From: Octopus sinensis
Taxonomy: Eukaryota
DNA length: 64,000 nt
NCBI RefSeq assembly: GCF_006345805.1
Contig: NC_043009.1
Span: forward strand, 68,448,001-68,512,000
Reading direction: 5' to 3'
Notes under the pieces: generated by a model
Seen by the model: only the letters and a program-made list of their open reading frames with translations
The model's database searches: none
What the model was told of the DNA's origin: nothing
Shown: positions 25,113 through 38,570 of the stretch, in pieces
Numbering within the stretch: the stretch's first letter is position 1
How the letters are laid out: each line of letters begins with the position of its first letter
Position numbers and translations under genes: made by a program

Positions 25113-25289
25113 CTTCCATGGAGGGTTCATGTTCCCCTTGGAAATGTTTCGTCTTGAAATGCATTTGCATTGAAGGGAAAGCAAAAATAATTTCTCGATC
25201 ATGACTGTAGTCCTGGGTTTTCCGTGATTTTTTATGTTCCGTTGGACTTTCCGGTTTGTCGTGCTGGATGGCAGGAAACGTGTCAAGAT
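25113..25289 (-). CDS. BLTP1: BLTP1 exon (DLDTFPAIQ...HDREIIFAFPSMQMHFKTKHFQGEHEPSME), 177 nt, phase 1-1
   Basis: Acceptor tttcag|, donor |gtatgt; EIIFAFPSMQMHFKT motif; in frame. Confidence 0.91.
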
Positions 25290-25957
25290 CTGAAAGTAAA
25301 CAACATTGCTTCATTAGAAAGTGGAAATAAAAAAGGAGAGTTACAGTTATGATCTCAATAACGACCCTGTCTGTTTCTTAATTACAGATACTCTCTGTAG
25401 ATACGAACATGTTAAGTTTTATAGCATGGATACCGTTATTTTAGTCAGAGAGGAAAGGTAGCAGCTTTGACTTTTGCAGGTCATCCTAGTCTGATAAGAT
25501 AGGTGCTGCATCGAACCAACGCAGGAAAACTGTGGGCAGAGTAGGGCAACCAAAGGTTTGGTCCACTAAAGGCACACAACAACTAGGTATTTCTCCGTCT
25601 TATTTTTAATTTCATTCTGGAGGAAGGTGCTATACCTATGGCTTTCACAGGCCCTCTCAGATGCATCAGAAACAGATGCAGTTAGCATTTCACTCTTTGA
25701 GTTTGCTGTGTCTGTTGACTTGCAATCGTTTATGTAGAAGGAAGGAATCTCAAAAAGGCCAATGTTCTGAAGAGAAAGGACAAGGCTTAGGGTTTTGAGT
25801 TTAATGTGGAACCTAAGAGGTGAACGTGATATGGGTGATGAAAGAAAGAGACCTGAATGAGTTGAGAATGCCTGAAGAGAGGGTAGCATGTGATTAACCA
25901 TCTCCAAGGGGCAGAGGACATTGCAGTAACATAAAAACTGGAGGGGGGGATATTTAA

Positions 25958-26165
25958 CCCTTTAGCATTTAGATTATTCTGTCAAATGTAAGGATTATTC
26001 ATTCCCATTGTTTTGGATTAATCATGGATTATCTTGTAGCTTTGGGAAATGATGTCATTGTTTATGTTTAGGATGACATTGCAAGGTAGGTGTGAAAGGT
26101 CAGATGTCGACACAAAACAAGTAGAATATTTGGGTTGGCATATGGGCAGTTTAAATGCTAAAGGG
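25958..26165. mobile_element. piggyBac-type MITE, 208 bp
   Basis: TTAA target duplication (25954-57 and 26166-69); perfect 14-bp TIRs CCCTTTAGCATTTA / TAAATGCTAAAGGG. Confidence 0.88.
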
Positions 26166-28033
26166 TTAATGTTTATGGATTCACAGAGAGAGGAAGGAGA
26201 CTGAGATGAAGAAAAAGACAAAACAGAAGATGAAGTGGGGAAAGAAGAGGAGAAGGAAGAGAAAAGAAAACAGGTAAACTAAGGTAGACAAGTAGTGAAA
26301 TGTGATACAGGTTGTGTTCTCCAGATGTGTCCACCTCTTCAGAGCAGGCAGCGAGTTACTTAGAAATGGTTAGTAACATCAATAAAACTGTATTATGATA
26401 TTTGTTTACATGGAGTCTCAAAGAATAGTGTGTGTGTGTGTGGGGGGGGTATGCGTGTGCGTGTGTGAAGCTGAATAAAGTACATCATTATAAGAGTGTG
26501 TGATGAGCAGGAGAGGGATGAGTGAGTGGGAAGAAGAGAGAAATGAGTGAAGAGGGAGAGAGGGAAAAATGAGAGAGAGAAAGAAGATAGGAGAAAAAAC
26601 ACTTCTAAATGTCTTTATAAAACCTTGTAGTGTTTATCATCCATACATGATACGTCTTGAGAAGACTGTGAAATGCAGTCCAGAAATGGACAACGGATGT
26701 AGGATGATGATTGATGTATGCATTTATGCATATGGTAAGTATTGTGGAAGTCAGCTCCTGCAAAGCCTGTTCCACAAAACTGTTTCCAGTCCCAGGCTGC
26801 CAACACTTCCCCTCACTTCAGACCTGAATGTGACATCGCATATCAAGTGGATTACCACAAATCACAAGATTCTTAGCATGTGTTCAATACCCAACCGATT
26901 TTGATTTTTGCCTTTGATCAAGTCAATAACCACGAGTCAGTTTCCGTCTACCAAATCCACCCACAAAGCCTTGGTTGGCCCACGGCTATATTAGAAGACA
27001 CTTGCCCAAGGTGCCATGCAGTGGAACTGAACCTGGAACAATGTGATTGGGAAGTAAGCTTCTTACCACACAGCCAAGCCTGCACCTATGTGCACAGGAT
27101 GAAGGTGCAGACATCCACCTGCTCAAATCAGATGCATGTTTCCTTAACCACTTTACCCCCCCCCCCCCCCACATCATTAATGGACTCAATTTGGCTTAAC
27201 ATCACAAATTCTCATTTATTCCTCCGATCAAATATCTCCGGCTGTGCTCTCAGGAATCCATTTGCCATCAATAAACTGGGTGAAAAATAAAAAGAGCTGG
27301 TTTCTTTCTGCCAGACGGACGGACGGACTCGCCCTTCAATGCCACTGCATGGGAACGGAGAAGTTTTCAACAATTGCTTCTGACAAGCCACTGGAATACA
27401 ACACTAGCAGTAGCGATGGTAGGGGCAGTGGTTGTAGTGGTGGTGGTGGTGGTTTTAATGGTGGCAGCAGCAGCAGCTGTAGTAGTAATAGTAGTAGTAG
27501 TAGTAGTAGCAGCAGCGTGTGCTAGAAGCAGCTAGCCAACAGGTCAGAATATCAATAGAGATTGGTGATGGATTGGATAAACATTGCTTTGCCTAAATGA
27601 ATGGTGTTTGGTGTTCCGTCACACAGCATAAACAGCAGAACAAAGCAGGTTCTGTAGAGAAAATGGAATTGGTACTCAACATGGATCGTACCACCAGAGG
27701 GGGGGAGAGGGGAGACAGGGGGAGACAGGGGAGGGGGGGGGCAAATGGAAATGAGAACTTAGTAAACAGAGGAACAAATTGCACAGCAAAAAGAAAACGG
27801 AGAAACAGTGGGAGAGAGGGGGATTCAGAGAGAGTTGAAGGGGAGGAGAGAGAGAGAAGAAAAAGGAGAGGAAGGAGATGGGGGGGAGAACTATTAAGAC
27901 TAAAATTAAAAGAATATATGATGAAACAGACTCCACTCAAACTAAACAATAAAGAGAAAAGGAAAACTAAAAAGCTGCAAAGGATGGTGGCAGGGTGAGG
28001 GGGGGAATCAATATGTAAAATATAAATATAAAT

Positions 28034-28195
28034 AGGTATAGGTGTGGCTGTGTGGTAAGAAATTTGCTTACCAGCCACATGGTTCCAGGTTCAGTCTCAC
28101 TGCGTGGCACCTTGGGCAAGTATCTTCTACTATAGCCTAGAGCCAACCAAAGCCTTGTGAGTGGATTTGGTAGACGGAAACTGAAAGAAGCCCAT

Positions 28196-28249
<54 letters not shown>

Positions 28250-28390
28250 TGTGTCTTTGTGTATTTGTCCCCCCCCCCACCATATGACAACCAGGCTTTA
28301 CCAAAAGTACTAGGGTCAATTCATGACTAAAATTCCTCAAGGTGGTGCCCCAGCATGGCCACAGTCTAATGACTGAAACAAGTAAAAGAT
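28034..28390 (+). mobile_element. SINE family C copy
   Basis: A/B-box-like head, (GT)n, tail cagcatggccacagtctaatgactgaaacaagtaaaaga. Confidence 0.78.
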
Positions 28391-28489
28391 ATAAAACAAA
28401 AGATATTTGGAATAAAAAAACAACTTTTCCTTCAATTCAATAATAATCAGAAATTACATCCAAGTTATTGTTGTTGTGGACATTGATGT

Positions 28490-28680
28490 TGTTTAGACCC
28501 AGATCTATCTAGACCGAGCATGTTATGATCAAAGGCAATCCAGCCATGACCACTTCATCGTTCCATGGTTATTCAGGACTACATTGTCCAATGTCTCCCT
28601 TTTTCTTTATTTAAGAATGGGGTTGTGATTTGGAGGAGTTCTAGCTGTTATTTCACGCAAATCGTGTGACCACATATAAG
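28490..28680 (+). repeat. dispersed repeat family E (gatcaaaggcattccagccatgacc...ggctgctatttctagc)
   Basis: Related copies at about 15490-15690, 34775-34890, 38150-38270 (-) and 60185-60380 (+). Confidence 0.55.
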
Positions 28681-28847
28681 GATTCATAAAGATCTCGTTG
28701 ATGTTGCTGTTGTTTCTGAGGGATATAACACTCAACGGATATCTACACACGAAATGGAAACGATGCCGATATTGAAAGGCAAACCAAAACATTAGCACAA
28801 TGTTTACTTAGATGGGAATCGATATCACCATAGCAGAGGAGAGGAAG

Positions 28848-28880
<33 letters not shown>

Positions 28881-29119
28881 TAGAAAGGATAGAGAGGGCT
28901 TACAAAGCACAGCAAAAAATAGCAGCAGCAGAGCATGAAGCATGTCTTTGGGGTTGTAAAATATATATCAAGAAGGAGAGAGAGAGAGACAAACAGACAG
29001 ACAGAGCCTGTTAGCAGCAAATAGGAGTAACTTTGTCACAATCGATCCAGCAACTTGCTACACATACCATTGGCTTGCAGTGACAACTTACAACCCACAA
29101 AAAATGAAATTCCTCATTT

Positions 29120-29167
<48 letters not shown>

Positions 29168-29254
29168 CAAATTACATAATTCAGCAATATTCCATTTATA
29201 TTTTCCAATTTTTACATTGTATTGATTTTGCTACAAAATATCCTCTCCCCATCT

Positions 29255-29286
<32 letters not shown>

Positions 29287-29587
29287 GTTCCTTCCTCCCA
29301 CTGCCACCCTGAATTGAAAATGAAACAATTCTTCAAAAATGCAGGGTTTGGTAATGAGAATAGAAAAGAAGACGACTCCAAACTCGGTGCTGCTAATTCC
29401 CGATCGGTGCCGTTCTATGTCAGCAGCCAATAAGCAACTTTGAGAAGATGGATTGAATGGTATTGCAGAGAGGGGGGGGATGGATCGATGACATGCAATA
29501 TTTTAGAAGTTTCATGGAATTTTTACATGTGTGCAAATAAGCGTGTATGATGTGCATGTGTAGATATGTGCGTGTGTGTGTGTGTGT

Positions 29588-29872
29588 GAGAGAGAGAGGG
29601 AGAGAGAAGCAGAGAGAGGGAGAGAGAAGCAGAGAGAGGGAGAGAGAAGCAGAGAGAGAAAAGCAGAGAGAGAAAAGCAGAGAGAGAAAAGCAGAGAGAG
29701 AGAGAGAGAATCAGAGAGAGGGAGAGAGAAGCAGAGAAAGAAAAGCAGAGAGATGGAGAGAGAAGCAGAGAGAGAAAAGCAGGGAGAGAGAGAAGCAGAG
29801 AGAGAGAGAAGCAGAGAGAGAGAGAAGCAGAGAGAGAGAGAGAAGCAGAGAGAGAGAGAGAAGCAGAGAGAG
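29588..29872. repeat. (AG)n-AAGC compound minisatellite
   Basis: Repeated gagagagaagca units. Confidence 0.9.
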
Positions 29873-30669
29873 ATTAAATATGTATTAAAAATCTTTTCTA
29901 AACTGAAATATGCACATGAACACACACACACACACACACCTGTCTCAGTTTCTGATGAAGTTCATATTGTATTCATGCGTGTGTTAGAGAGAAGGCGGGA
30001 ACCAAGAAACTTTATTTATATATATATATATAGAGAGAGAGAGCCATAAACAGAAGTTAGATATTAGATACACAAGTGAGAGAGAGAGAGAGAGAGAGAG
30101 GGAGGGAGAGAGAAAAGCAAAGAGTAAGTAAGATAGAGGAGAGAAGAGAAACTCAAGAGAGAAAAGCGAAAGAGTGACTTTATAAAGGTCATCCTTGATC
30201 ACCAGTTTCAATTTCCCTTCTCCCATGCTGGCATGGGTTGGACGAGAAGCCCACTAGGCGCAGTCGTCGTCCTGCAGTTGAAGAGTTTCAGTGATGCCAA
30301 CACAATGAGGTCCTTTATTGCACTGGTCTTGACACGTTCAGCTGCCAAACTGCAAACCATTCGGCTGAGGCAAAACACACACGTCCCCAGAAACCAGGCA
30401 GTGTCCATGCAAAGACATGCAAAGACCAGGACATGAACCCTCCCACCAATGCCACAGCCTATTTAATCATTCATTTGTCATCATTCAACATCCGTTTTCC
30501 ATGCTGACAAGGGTTCGATGGTTTCACGGGAACCGGCAAGGCCAGGAACCACAACAGGTTCCGTTGCCTGTTTTGATAGGGTTTCAACAAAGCTGGATGC
30601 CCTTCCTAACACCAACCACTTTACACAATATACTGAAGGCTTTTTACATGGCACCATCACCAGTGCTTA

Positions 30670-30925
30670 CATAAATATATATCATTGCTGTTATGTTAAA
30701 CTGTCGTCTGTCCAAATTTGGCCAAATGCGTTTTTTTTTTCAATATTTATTTTTGCTTGCAACAGTTTGGTCAAACTATCGTATCTCCAGCTATTTTAGA
30801 GGCCAAGATATGAAGATTGTCAAAGTGTAGTAGAACGGGTTAGCATTTTCCAAAAGTGTAATAAGTTCCACATACAACAGTTTTGAAAAAATATTTCCGA
30901 CTGAAAATATCATACATGTGTGTCA
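30670..30925 (+). repeat. dispersed repeat, probably a DNA-transposon fragment; second copy at about 35655-35850
   Basis: Both copies share ttatgttaaactgtc...gtccaaatttggccaaatg...gtatctccagct...gccaagata...aaatatcatacatg. Confidence 0.65.
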
Positions 30926-33418
30926 TTGTTCTTAGTAGCACTATGACCCTCCCCTCAGCCCCATTCCCTACCCTGTTGCTGCTGCTCTTGAACCAGACTT
31001 TTTGTACCGTTCTTGTACCATGAGTTACAAGAATGGTACAAAAATCCGGGTTCAAGTGACAGGGACAAAAACACATCAACAGTTTGTCAAGCGATGGGGA
31101 GGGGGACAAACACAGACACAGTGACACGTACACAAAGATAGATATATACATATACATATATATGACGAGCTTCTTTCAGTTTCCATCTATCAAATCCACT
31201 CACAAGGCTTTGGTCGGCCCAAGGCTATAGTAGAAGAGACTTGCCTAAAGTGCCACACAGTAGGACTGAACCCAGAACTATGTGATTGGGAAACAAGCTT
31301 CTAACCACACAGCCATTCTGGCACCTGAACAATATAAATAAATAAGCATTACATTGAACAGAGTAATCTGAATGCAAAAGGGATAAAAAGATGTTTTTTC
31401 CCTTTTAAAAATATAATTTCATGAATTCAGAGCTGAGGGAATTAAATCCCTGAAACCACCATTTCATTTCATTACTTCATGTTCACTGATAAGGACGCTT
31501 CACTAAGGTTAACCACTCAAAATCCTTAGGCAGAAGGAAATAATTTCTTTTTACCAAGACACAGTTACACACACACACACACACATACTTACGCATGCAC
31601 ACACACACAAAGCAATGCTCTAATCACTCCATACATACACCCTTACAACTGACGGCTGATACAAATTTACTTCTTGCATGCCAGACACCAACAGAGAGCG
31701 CTAAGGTCAGTCATTCATAGTTATTATCTCTCTTACAAGTGAATTGGCCATACACAAGCTGTGCAAATATATTACCCACTCGTACTAATACAATTAGCTT
31801 TTGTCAAAATACAACAACAGATAACGGTAAGCTATGTGCTTTCAGTGTTCTGCTACGGTTTGTTCTTTTTGTTTTTTGGTTTTTTCCTTTTACTTCAAAA
31901 AGTTACCAGAAAATTTTCCAACCATTTTTTTGGTTCTTTTATTCAATTATTTAGGATCTTACCCATTTTATTTTTACATTTTGTCTATATATTTTTGTAG
32001 GTTTTATATTTACATTTTTTTCATCTCTCCATATCTTGACCTGGATAGAATGTTGGTTCAGGAAATTTCAAATGCTTCATTCATATTACCGGAGTTAGGA
32101 AGAATTAATTATTTCACAGCTACAAGTCCCCCACACCTTACCTCTGATAAATAGAAACTTGCTTTTTTTTTTTTGTTATCATTATTTATTTTGAAGAAAA
32201 GCAATTCAATGAAAGAAGTCAACTTTGAAATCAGCACAATACGTCAGCCTCTTCATCACAACTGCTGAATCTGGTCTCAAAACTTACTATTTATTTAGGG
32301 ATAATTTTCTTTTTCTTCTTTTTGGTAGTGTTTCCACATGTCCCTCACATATCCTTTTTTTTCCTTCTTCCTCTCTAATACAATTTCCAGTTGGATGCGT
32401 CTAAGAAATAAACACACTCACTCGTAAAGGTAAACACTAGACTGAGAGAAACTAATAGATTATTCTATCTTGTCTAGAGCTGTGAGACTGTCGGGATGAA
32501 CTTAGCAGAGAAGAAGAAGAAGCAGAAATATAACAGCAGAGATGTGGACGTCTGCAACAAGCAACTGCTGTGGATTTTATCCGAGTCCAAAATGATGATG
32601 TATAAAACTTACTTGAGCATTATCTGACTTCAAGACTGATCAGGCTGGAGCCTGGTGCAGCTTCCTGGCATCCCGGACCCCAGTTGGACCATCCAACCAA
32701 TGCCAGCATGAAAAACGGACGTTGAACAATGATGATGATGATGCTGATGACTACAACTTTACCATTCTTCCCAGCTATTTCTACCTACCTTTACATAATG
32801 CAAGGTAGCCATGTATCTCCTTTATAAAAAGACACCAGTCCTGTCCCCTTCAACACCTCACATAAAGCCACCTTCCTCTCTGCCCCACTTTCCACTTAGT
32901 CAAGTGGGTTACCTCTTTGTAGTGCAAGTACTTAGCAACCTCACTATTGTCAGTGCTGTGAAAAAAATCGCCTCATGCTGTAAAGGGGTTGGTGTTAGGA
33001 AGGGCGTCCAGTCATAGAAACTATGCGAATACAGTCATTGGAGCAGGGAGCAGTTGTCCAATTTGCTGGATCCTAAAGAACCATCCAACCCATGTCTGCA
33101 TGGAAGAGACAGATGGTGAATGATGATGATGATGGTAATGTCATTTTCGTATATTAGTACATACATACACACACACACACATACATGTATATATTTTTAT
33201 ATATAGTAAAAACTATATTCAATAAAAACACAAAATAAAAACAGCAAAAATCTGTCAACATCCACTTCCGATGTATCTATAAAGAAGGCTGTATATAAAA
33301 AGGTACACCCACATAAATTCAACATAGCCTTGGGCTGACCAAAGACCTGTGAGTGGATCTGGTAGACAGAAACTGAAAGAAGCCTGTCGTATATATATGT
33401 ATATATATGTTGTGTATC

Positions 33419-33651
33419 TTATTTCTTTATTGCTCACAAGGGGCTAAACATAGAGGGGACAAACAAGGACAGACAAAGGGATCGAGTCGATTACACCGAC
33501 CCCAGTGCATAACTGGTACTTAATTTATCGACCACGAAAGGATGAAAGGCAAAGTCGACCTAAGCGGAATTTGAACTCAGAACGTAAAGACAGACGAAAT
33601 GCCGCTAAACATTTCGCCCGGCGTGCTAACGTTTCTGCCAGCTCACCGCTT
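33419..33651 (-). mobile_element. young SINE family B copy nested in a family C SINE (33325-33830)
   Basis: CpG-rich, near-consensus copy that splits a family C element inside its (TA/TG) microsatellite. Confidence 0.75.
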
Positions 33652-35623
33652 TCAAATATATGTCGTGTATCTGTGTTTGTCCTCCCCAACATCGCTTGAC
33701 AACCGATGCTGGAGTGTTTAGGTCCCCTAACTTAGTGGTTTGGCAAAAGAGACAGTGGGGTCGATTTGATTCGACTAAAGGTGGTGCTCCAGCATGGCCG
33801 CAGTCAAATGACTGTAACAAGTGAAAGAATACACAAACACACACACAAAATCATTCTCCATAACACTCTGCCAAAATAGGAGGAGGTCCTTCGTTATTGA
33901 AATAGATATCTGATAGCGTAACGAGGAATTAATTCCGAAATGCTCTGACAGTATCAATATACATCATTATTGATAGGTTCAGGATTAAACAGCAGTGTTT
34001 TATTGCTATTAAACACCCACACCACACACAGATCGATGATGTATTGCGCTAAACTCCAAAAGCTGATTGCTACAAGGATGGGACCTTAAGAATAACCAGA
34101 AATAACTGGCATTCCTTTTATTACAAAATAACATTGTCTTCAATACAAACACATCAGTCAGTGTATTCACACACACACACGAACGGACAGCATCGGAGCA
34201 TGATAAAAAGCAATATTCAGTCAGTTAACAACAAGCTCAGAACCATAGAAATATTGCTGATAACTGATAAGCATAGATGGACTTAATTTGGGGTAGGCCA
34301 GGGAGGGTTGGCCTAATCCAGTAAAAAGTCGGTTTTTTCAAGCTGAGACGGAAGAAGCAATGATGAAGAAACAGACGAAACACACAAATAATAAATCCAT
34401 CGAAGCAGCTTTATCGGCAGATAAGGTTGCTGCTCTCTGTCCAAGCAATTACTCAATTCACAAATAAAGTCTATCATTCATTCCAACAATCCTAATTGAA
34501 TTGCAAGAACTAATCCCGAAAAGTTGAAAGGTTGTGTGCATGCGTGTGTGTGTGTGTGTGTGTGTAAAAACTGAAAGTTGTTAATTATGTAGAATTTTAA
34601 TGTTTTGTTTGTAGGTTTTTATAAGGGTATCCATCATGGTTTGGAAAATATCCAAATGATAATATTTATTTGAAATAGCATATCAGTTTAAAGTCATTTA
34701 TAGCTTTAATCATGCACTAAAAGCCAGGATGCAAACCAGCCAGCCAGCAAGGGAGTCTCAAAGCAAAAAAAAAATGACCTGCTAGAAATAGCAGTCAAAT
34801 CTCCCTATATCATAGAAGAGATTGTATGATCAAAACTGGGGCAGGTTTCAATATGATCTGCTCAATTAAAACTGACCTGGGGTTAAACAACAACTGCAAC
34901 AACAATAACCAGGCTGCAAACTCAGTCCACTTAAAAATCTCAACTCTTTTTAAGGGGACAGGTTTAATCAATTCAACTGAGCCTAATACTTGACTGCTGT
35001 TTTATTTTATCGACCCCAGCAGAATGAAGGATAAAATTGACATCAGCAGGATTTGAACACAGTATGTTAAGAGCAGATATATCAATGGTTTTTGCCAATC
35101 CACTATCTTTGGTTAATTACTTTCCCAATTAGTCCCCTGGCTATTAGTAACACCCATGCTTGAATAGGCACTGAGATTCTATATATACATCGCTGACAGA
35201 GAAATCTCTGCTATCTACAGCCATGGACGGCTACCAATGACAAGGAAGGATGAAATCACGTGATCCAGTAGCTCCAGTGACGGTAGCGGATGATTATCTA
35301 CTGCTAGCAATATAGACATGAGTGCTTATTTGCACCACAAAGTCCAGCTGAGAGGTTCTCTCATAGAAAATAACGCAGTATTCTGTGTTCCAACACAACA
35401 TCCACTTTTAACTGGGGATGAATATTATGTTTCGGTATTAAAACCACTTCTATCACTGATAATTATTTTTTAAATAAAAAGACATCGAACATCGGTTGAT
35501 ACAAGGATGGTAGGGAAGATTATATTCAAATGGAAAGGCTGTAGCACTTTGTTTTACCATTATAAGAGATGGCATGCTACACAGGAGGACAAAACACAAA
35601 CTTACTTAGGTACATTATATGTA

Positions 35624-35654
<31 letters not shown>

Positions 35655-38396
35655 TGTTGCTATTATGTTAAACTGTCACGTGTCCAAATTTGGCCAAATG
35701 TGTATTTTTTTTTCATATTTAATTTTTCTTGCAATATCCAGTTCTTTTGGTCAAATTATCGTATCTCCAGCTGCTTTAGATGCCAAGATAGCATCACTCC
35801 GAAGTGTAGTAAGTCTCACATATTTCTGACAGAAAATATCATACATGCATGGGATTACGATTTTATGCACCCAACAAAGGTATTATTGTTAAGCTGGAAC
35901 CATTGCAAATATAAAAAGAAATGGAATGGGGAAACTATTTTTTTCTTTTCTGAAAAAGAAACGTTTTGGATTTATAACACTTTTGCATAATAGTAACAAC
36001 ACACACACACACACACGGTGAACTTTCCTGTTGCAAATGACAGATGAGGGTTCAGCAACTTCCGTGGGACACCTGTGTTTACAGTGGCCAAATATTGGTG
36101 CCGCACATTTGATCACTGCCTCCATCGCATCAATGCTGCACGTACACAGGTGCACAGTGTGCCACATGTCAGATGTGAAAGTGATAGCAAAGCAGCATGA
36201 AATTAAATGTAGTGTTTTGCACAAGAACACAATGCAACAGCCAGTCCAAGAATTGAAACCACGACGTTGCAACTGTGAGTGCAACACTAAACTCTAAGCC
36301 ACATGCCTTCATTCACACACACACATACATACATACACACACACACACGTATGAAGTGGCTATTCAAATATGAAAGCCTCAAAGTATTTCAATATCTCAA
36401 ACCGACAGGAATTCAGTGTTAAATTCTTGCTGCTTCAAAGGTTTTACTGGAAGAAGTCTTCCACATTTGCTCATCAGATGCCATAAATCTTTTAATGGTT
36501 CACTTTGTGACATGAATTTTGAAAATGTTTTCTGATTGGCTCAATAGATAATGGTTTTGAATTTTGGCACAAGATCAGTAATTTCAGGAATGATGATGAT
36601 GATAATCGATCCCAGTGCCCAGCTGGTACTTATTTCATTTTATCGACCCCCGGTAGCATTTTAACTCAGAATGTAACTTTGGACAAAATGCTACTAAGCA
36701 TTTCACCCAACATGCCAACGGTTCCGTCAGCTCACCACTTTGTTGGCTCAACAAATACTGGCTGCTAGTCAAGCTTTAATCTAAGCAAGAGCTAGTTAAA
36801 AAATAGTTATTAGCAAGACAGGCAGTATTAATATGGTAATTGCCACAGTAAAGTTACTTTTGACAGAACATTCACATTTAAGTGGGGATATTACTAACCT
36901 AATAGCATACAAGAGTTATTTTTGTGCTCACATTTGGAGAACATTTTCTGTTGGCTTGAAAACATTTATGAATTCAGATATAATTCAGCCAAGAAAAGTT
37001 TATATATTTTGGCACTTTGGTTCTAAGCTTTGGCAGGATCAGTGAAGGGCCATTTACTTCAATATCATTTTCACTCAAACTAAAAAAATATTGACACATT
37101 CTATATTATTTCTGCAAACATTAATATAGAAGTAGAACTGCATCACACTGACCAGGCCAAAGTTTATGTGACAGGTGCCAAAAGATGTGAACTTTGTTTG
37201 GCAGAAAAAAAAAAAACACACATTTCAGTTTAATGGAACAATTCAGAATGCAATGGAAACAAAGTAGACTTAATCTCAAAATGTACCAATAAATATTAAT
37301 ATTACATGGAGAGATTCAATGAGTTATAGTCAGAGAGACAGTGAACCCCCACCCGCCTTTATGAACCTATTACAGGAATACTGTGCATATGGCATAAAAG
37401 ATTTACAGCCTAAATGGAGATCTGGCTGCTATTTCTAGGACTTCATACACACACACACACACACACACCCGTACAAAAAAAAAAAGAAATAAAAAGCAGA
37501 GCAGCTGAAACAACAGAGTCCTGTACTCATCTGTAGTGAAATTCCAAACATTTGAGATAGACCTTGTTTCAGAATATAAAAGAAATCATGCGATGTAATT
37601 CTGTGTCACCTGTAAAGACTGGTAGCCGAGATACATTTAGGTAGATTACCCAACAAACTTGGTATCTACACAAACAAAATGTTGTATAGCACAGCAGAAA
37701 GGATCGACTGAAAATACTTGGATGTGTGTGTGTGTGTGTGTGTGTGAACAGGCACCATGAGTGTTACTGTTTACATAAGAGTGAAAACATAAAAGGTGTT
37801 TTGGTGATGTGCCAAATCAATTAAGGTGTAATCTTTTGGGGGAAATGGAAAAAAAATATATGAAGTAATGAATGTGAAAATGTTGCAGAGGAGATTGAAG
37901 ATGGTAGGTGAGAGCTTGGTCCTCAATTTCAGGCCCCAATTTTAATTATCAATGGTTCTAATTTTAACTCCTTGACATGATTAATATCCTAGCAAAAGAC
38001 ATGAAATCACAAAAATCTCATGTCCTCTTCTGTGAAGGATTTTAAATTTTGTATCAAACCCACCCCACTTTACACTCCACTAAAATACCATGGAAGTTGA
38101 AATAATGAAGGAAATAGACAATTTAACCACATAAAATAGCAGCCAAATCTCCCTCAAATCCCAGCCTACTATTTTCTTTATAGTTTCTAATATACAGAGA
38201 CATGATGGTCATGGTTGAAACCCCTTTGATCATAAGTCTACTTGATTGGGACAGATTTGGAATTAAACAACTTCTGTCCTGGTATTTTAAGATAGAAGTG
38301 AAATGAAAGAACCAAAACTCAAGATCCACAAGAAATAAAGGATGTTGACCAATTTAGCCGCATCGTCTGCCAGATGATATAACAAGAACAACTTAC

Positions 38397-38570
38397 CTTT
38401 AATTTCTGCTGATGCAAAAGCATAGTGAAACCATTCCCGAACACTGGTGAAAGGGGGTGGCATATAATGGCCACGAGATAACTTGCAAATAGTTGCCATA
38501 TTCTTTTCGCTGATGTGTTGAGTGGTGTCGTGTCCAACACGGAAGGTGAGATCTTGTACAATACAAGTTC
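38397..38570 (-). CDS. BLTP1: BLTP1 exon (TCIVQDLTFRVGH...MATICKLSR...PPPFTSVREWFHYAFASAEIK), 174 nt, phase 1-1
   Basis: Acceptor ccccag|, donor |gtaagt; in frame with both neighbours. Confidence 0.92.

Noticed and set aside
29512-30049. Long E/R-rich or S/L-rich ORFs; likewise the HT, YI, N and CV runs elsewhere
   Set aside because: Translations of microsatellites.
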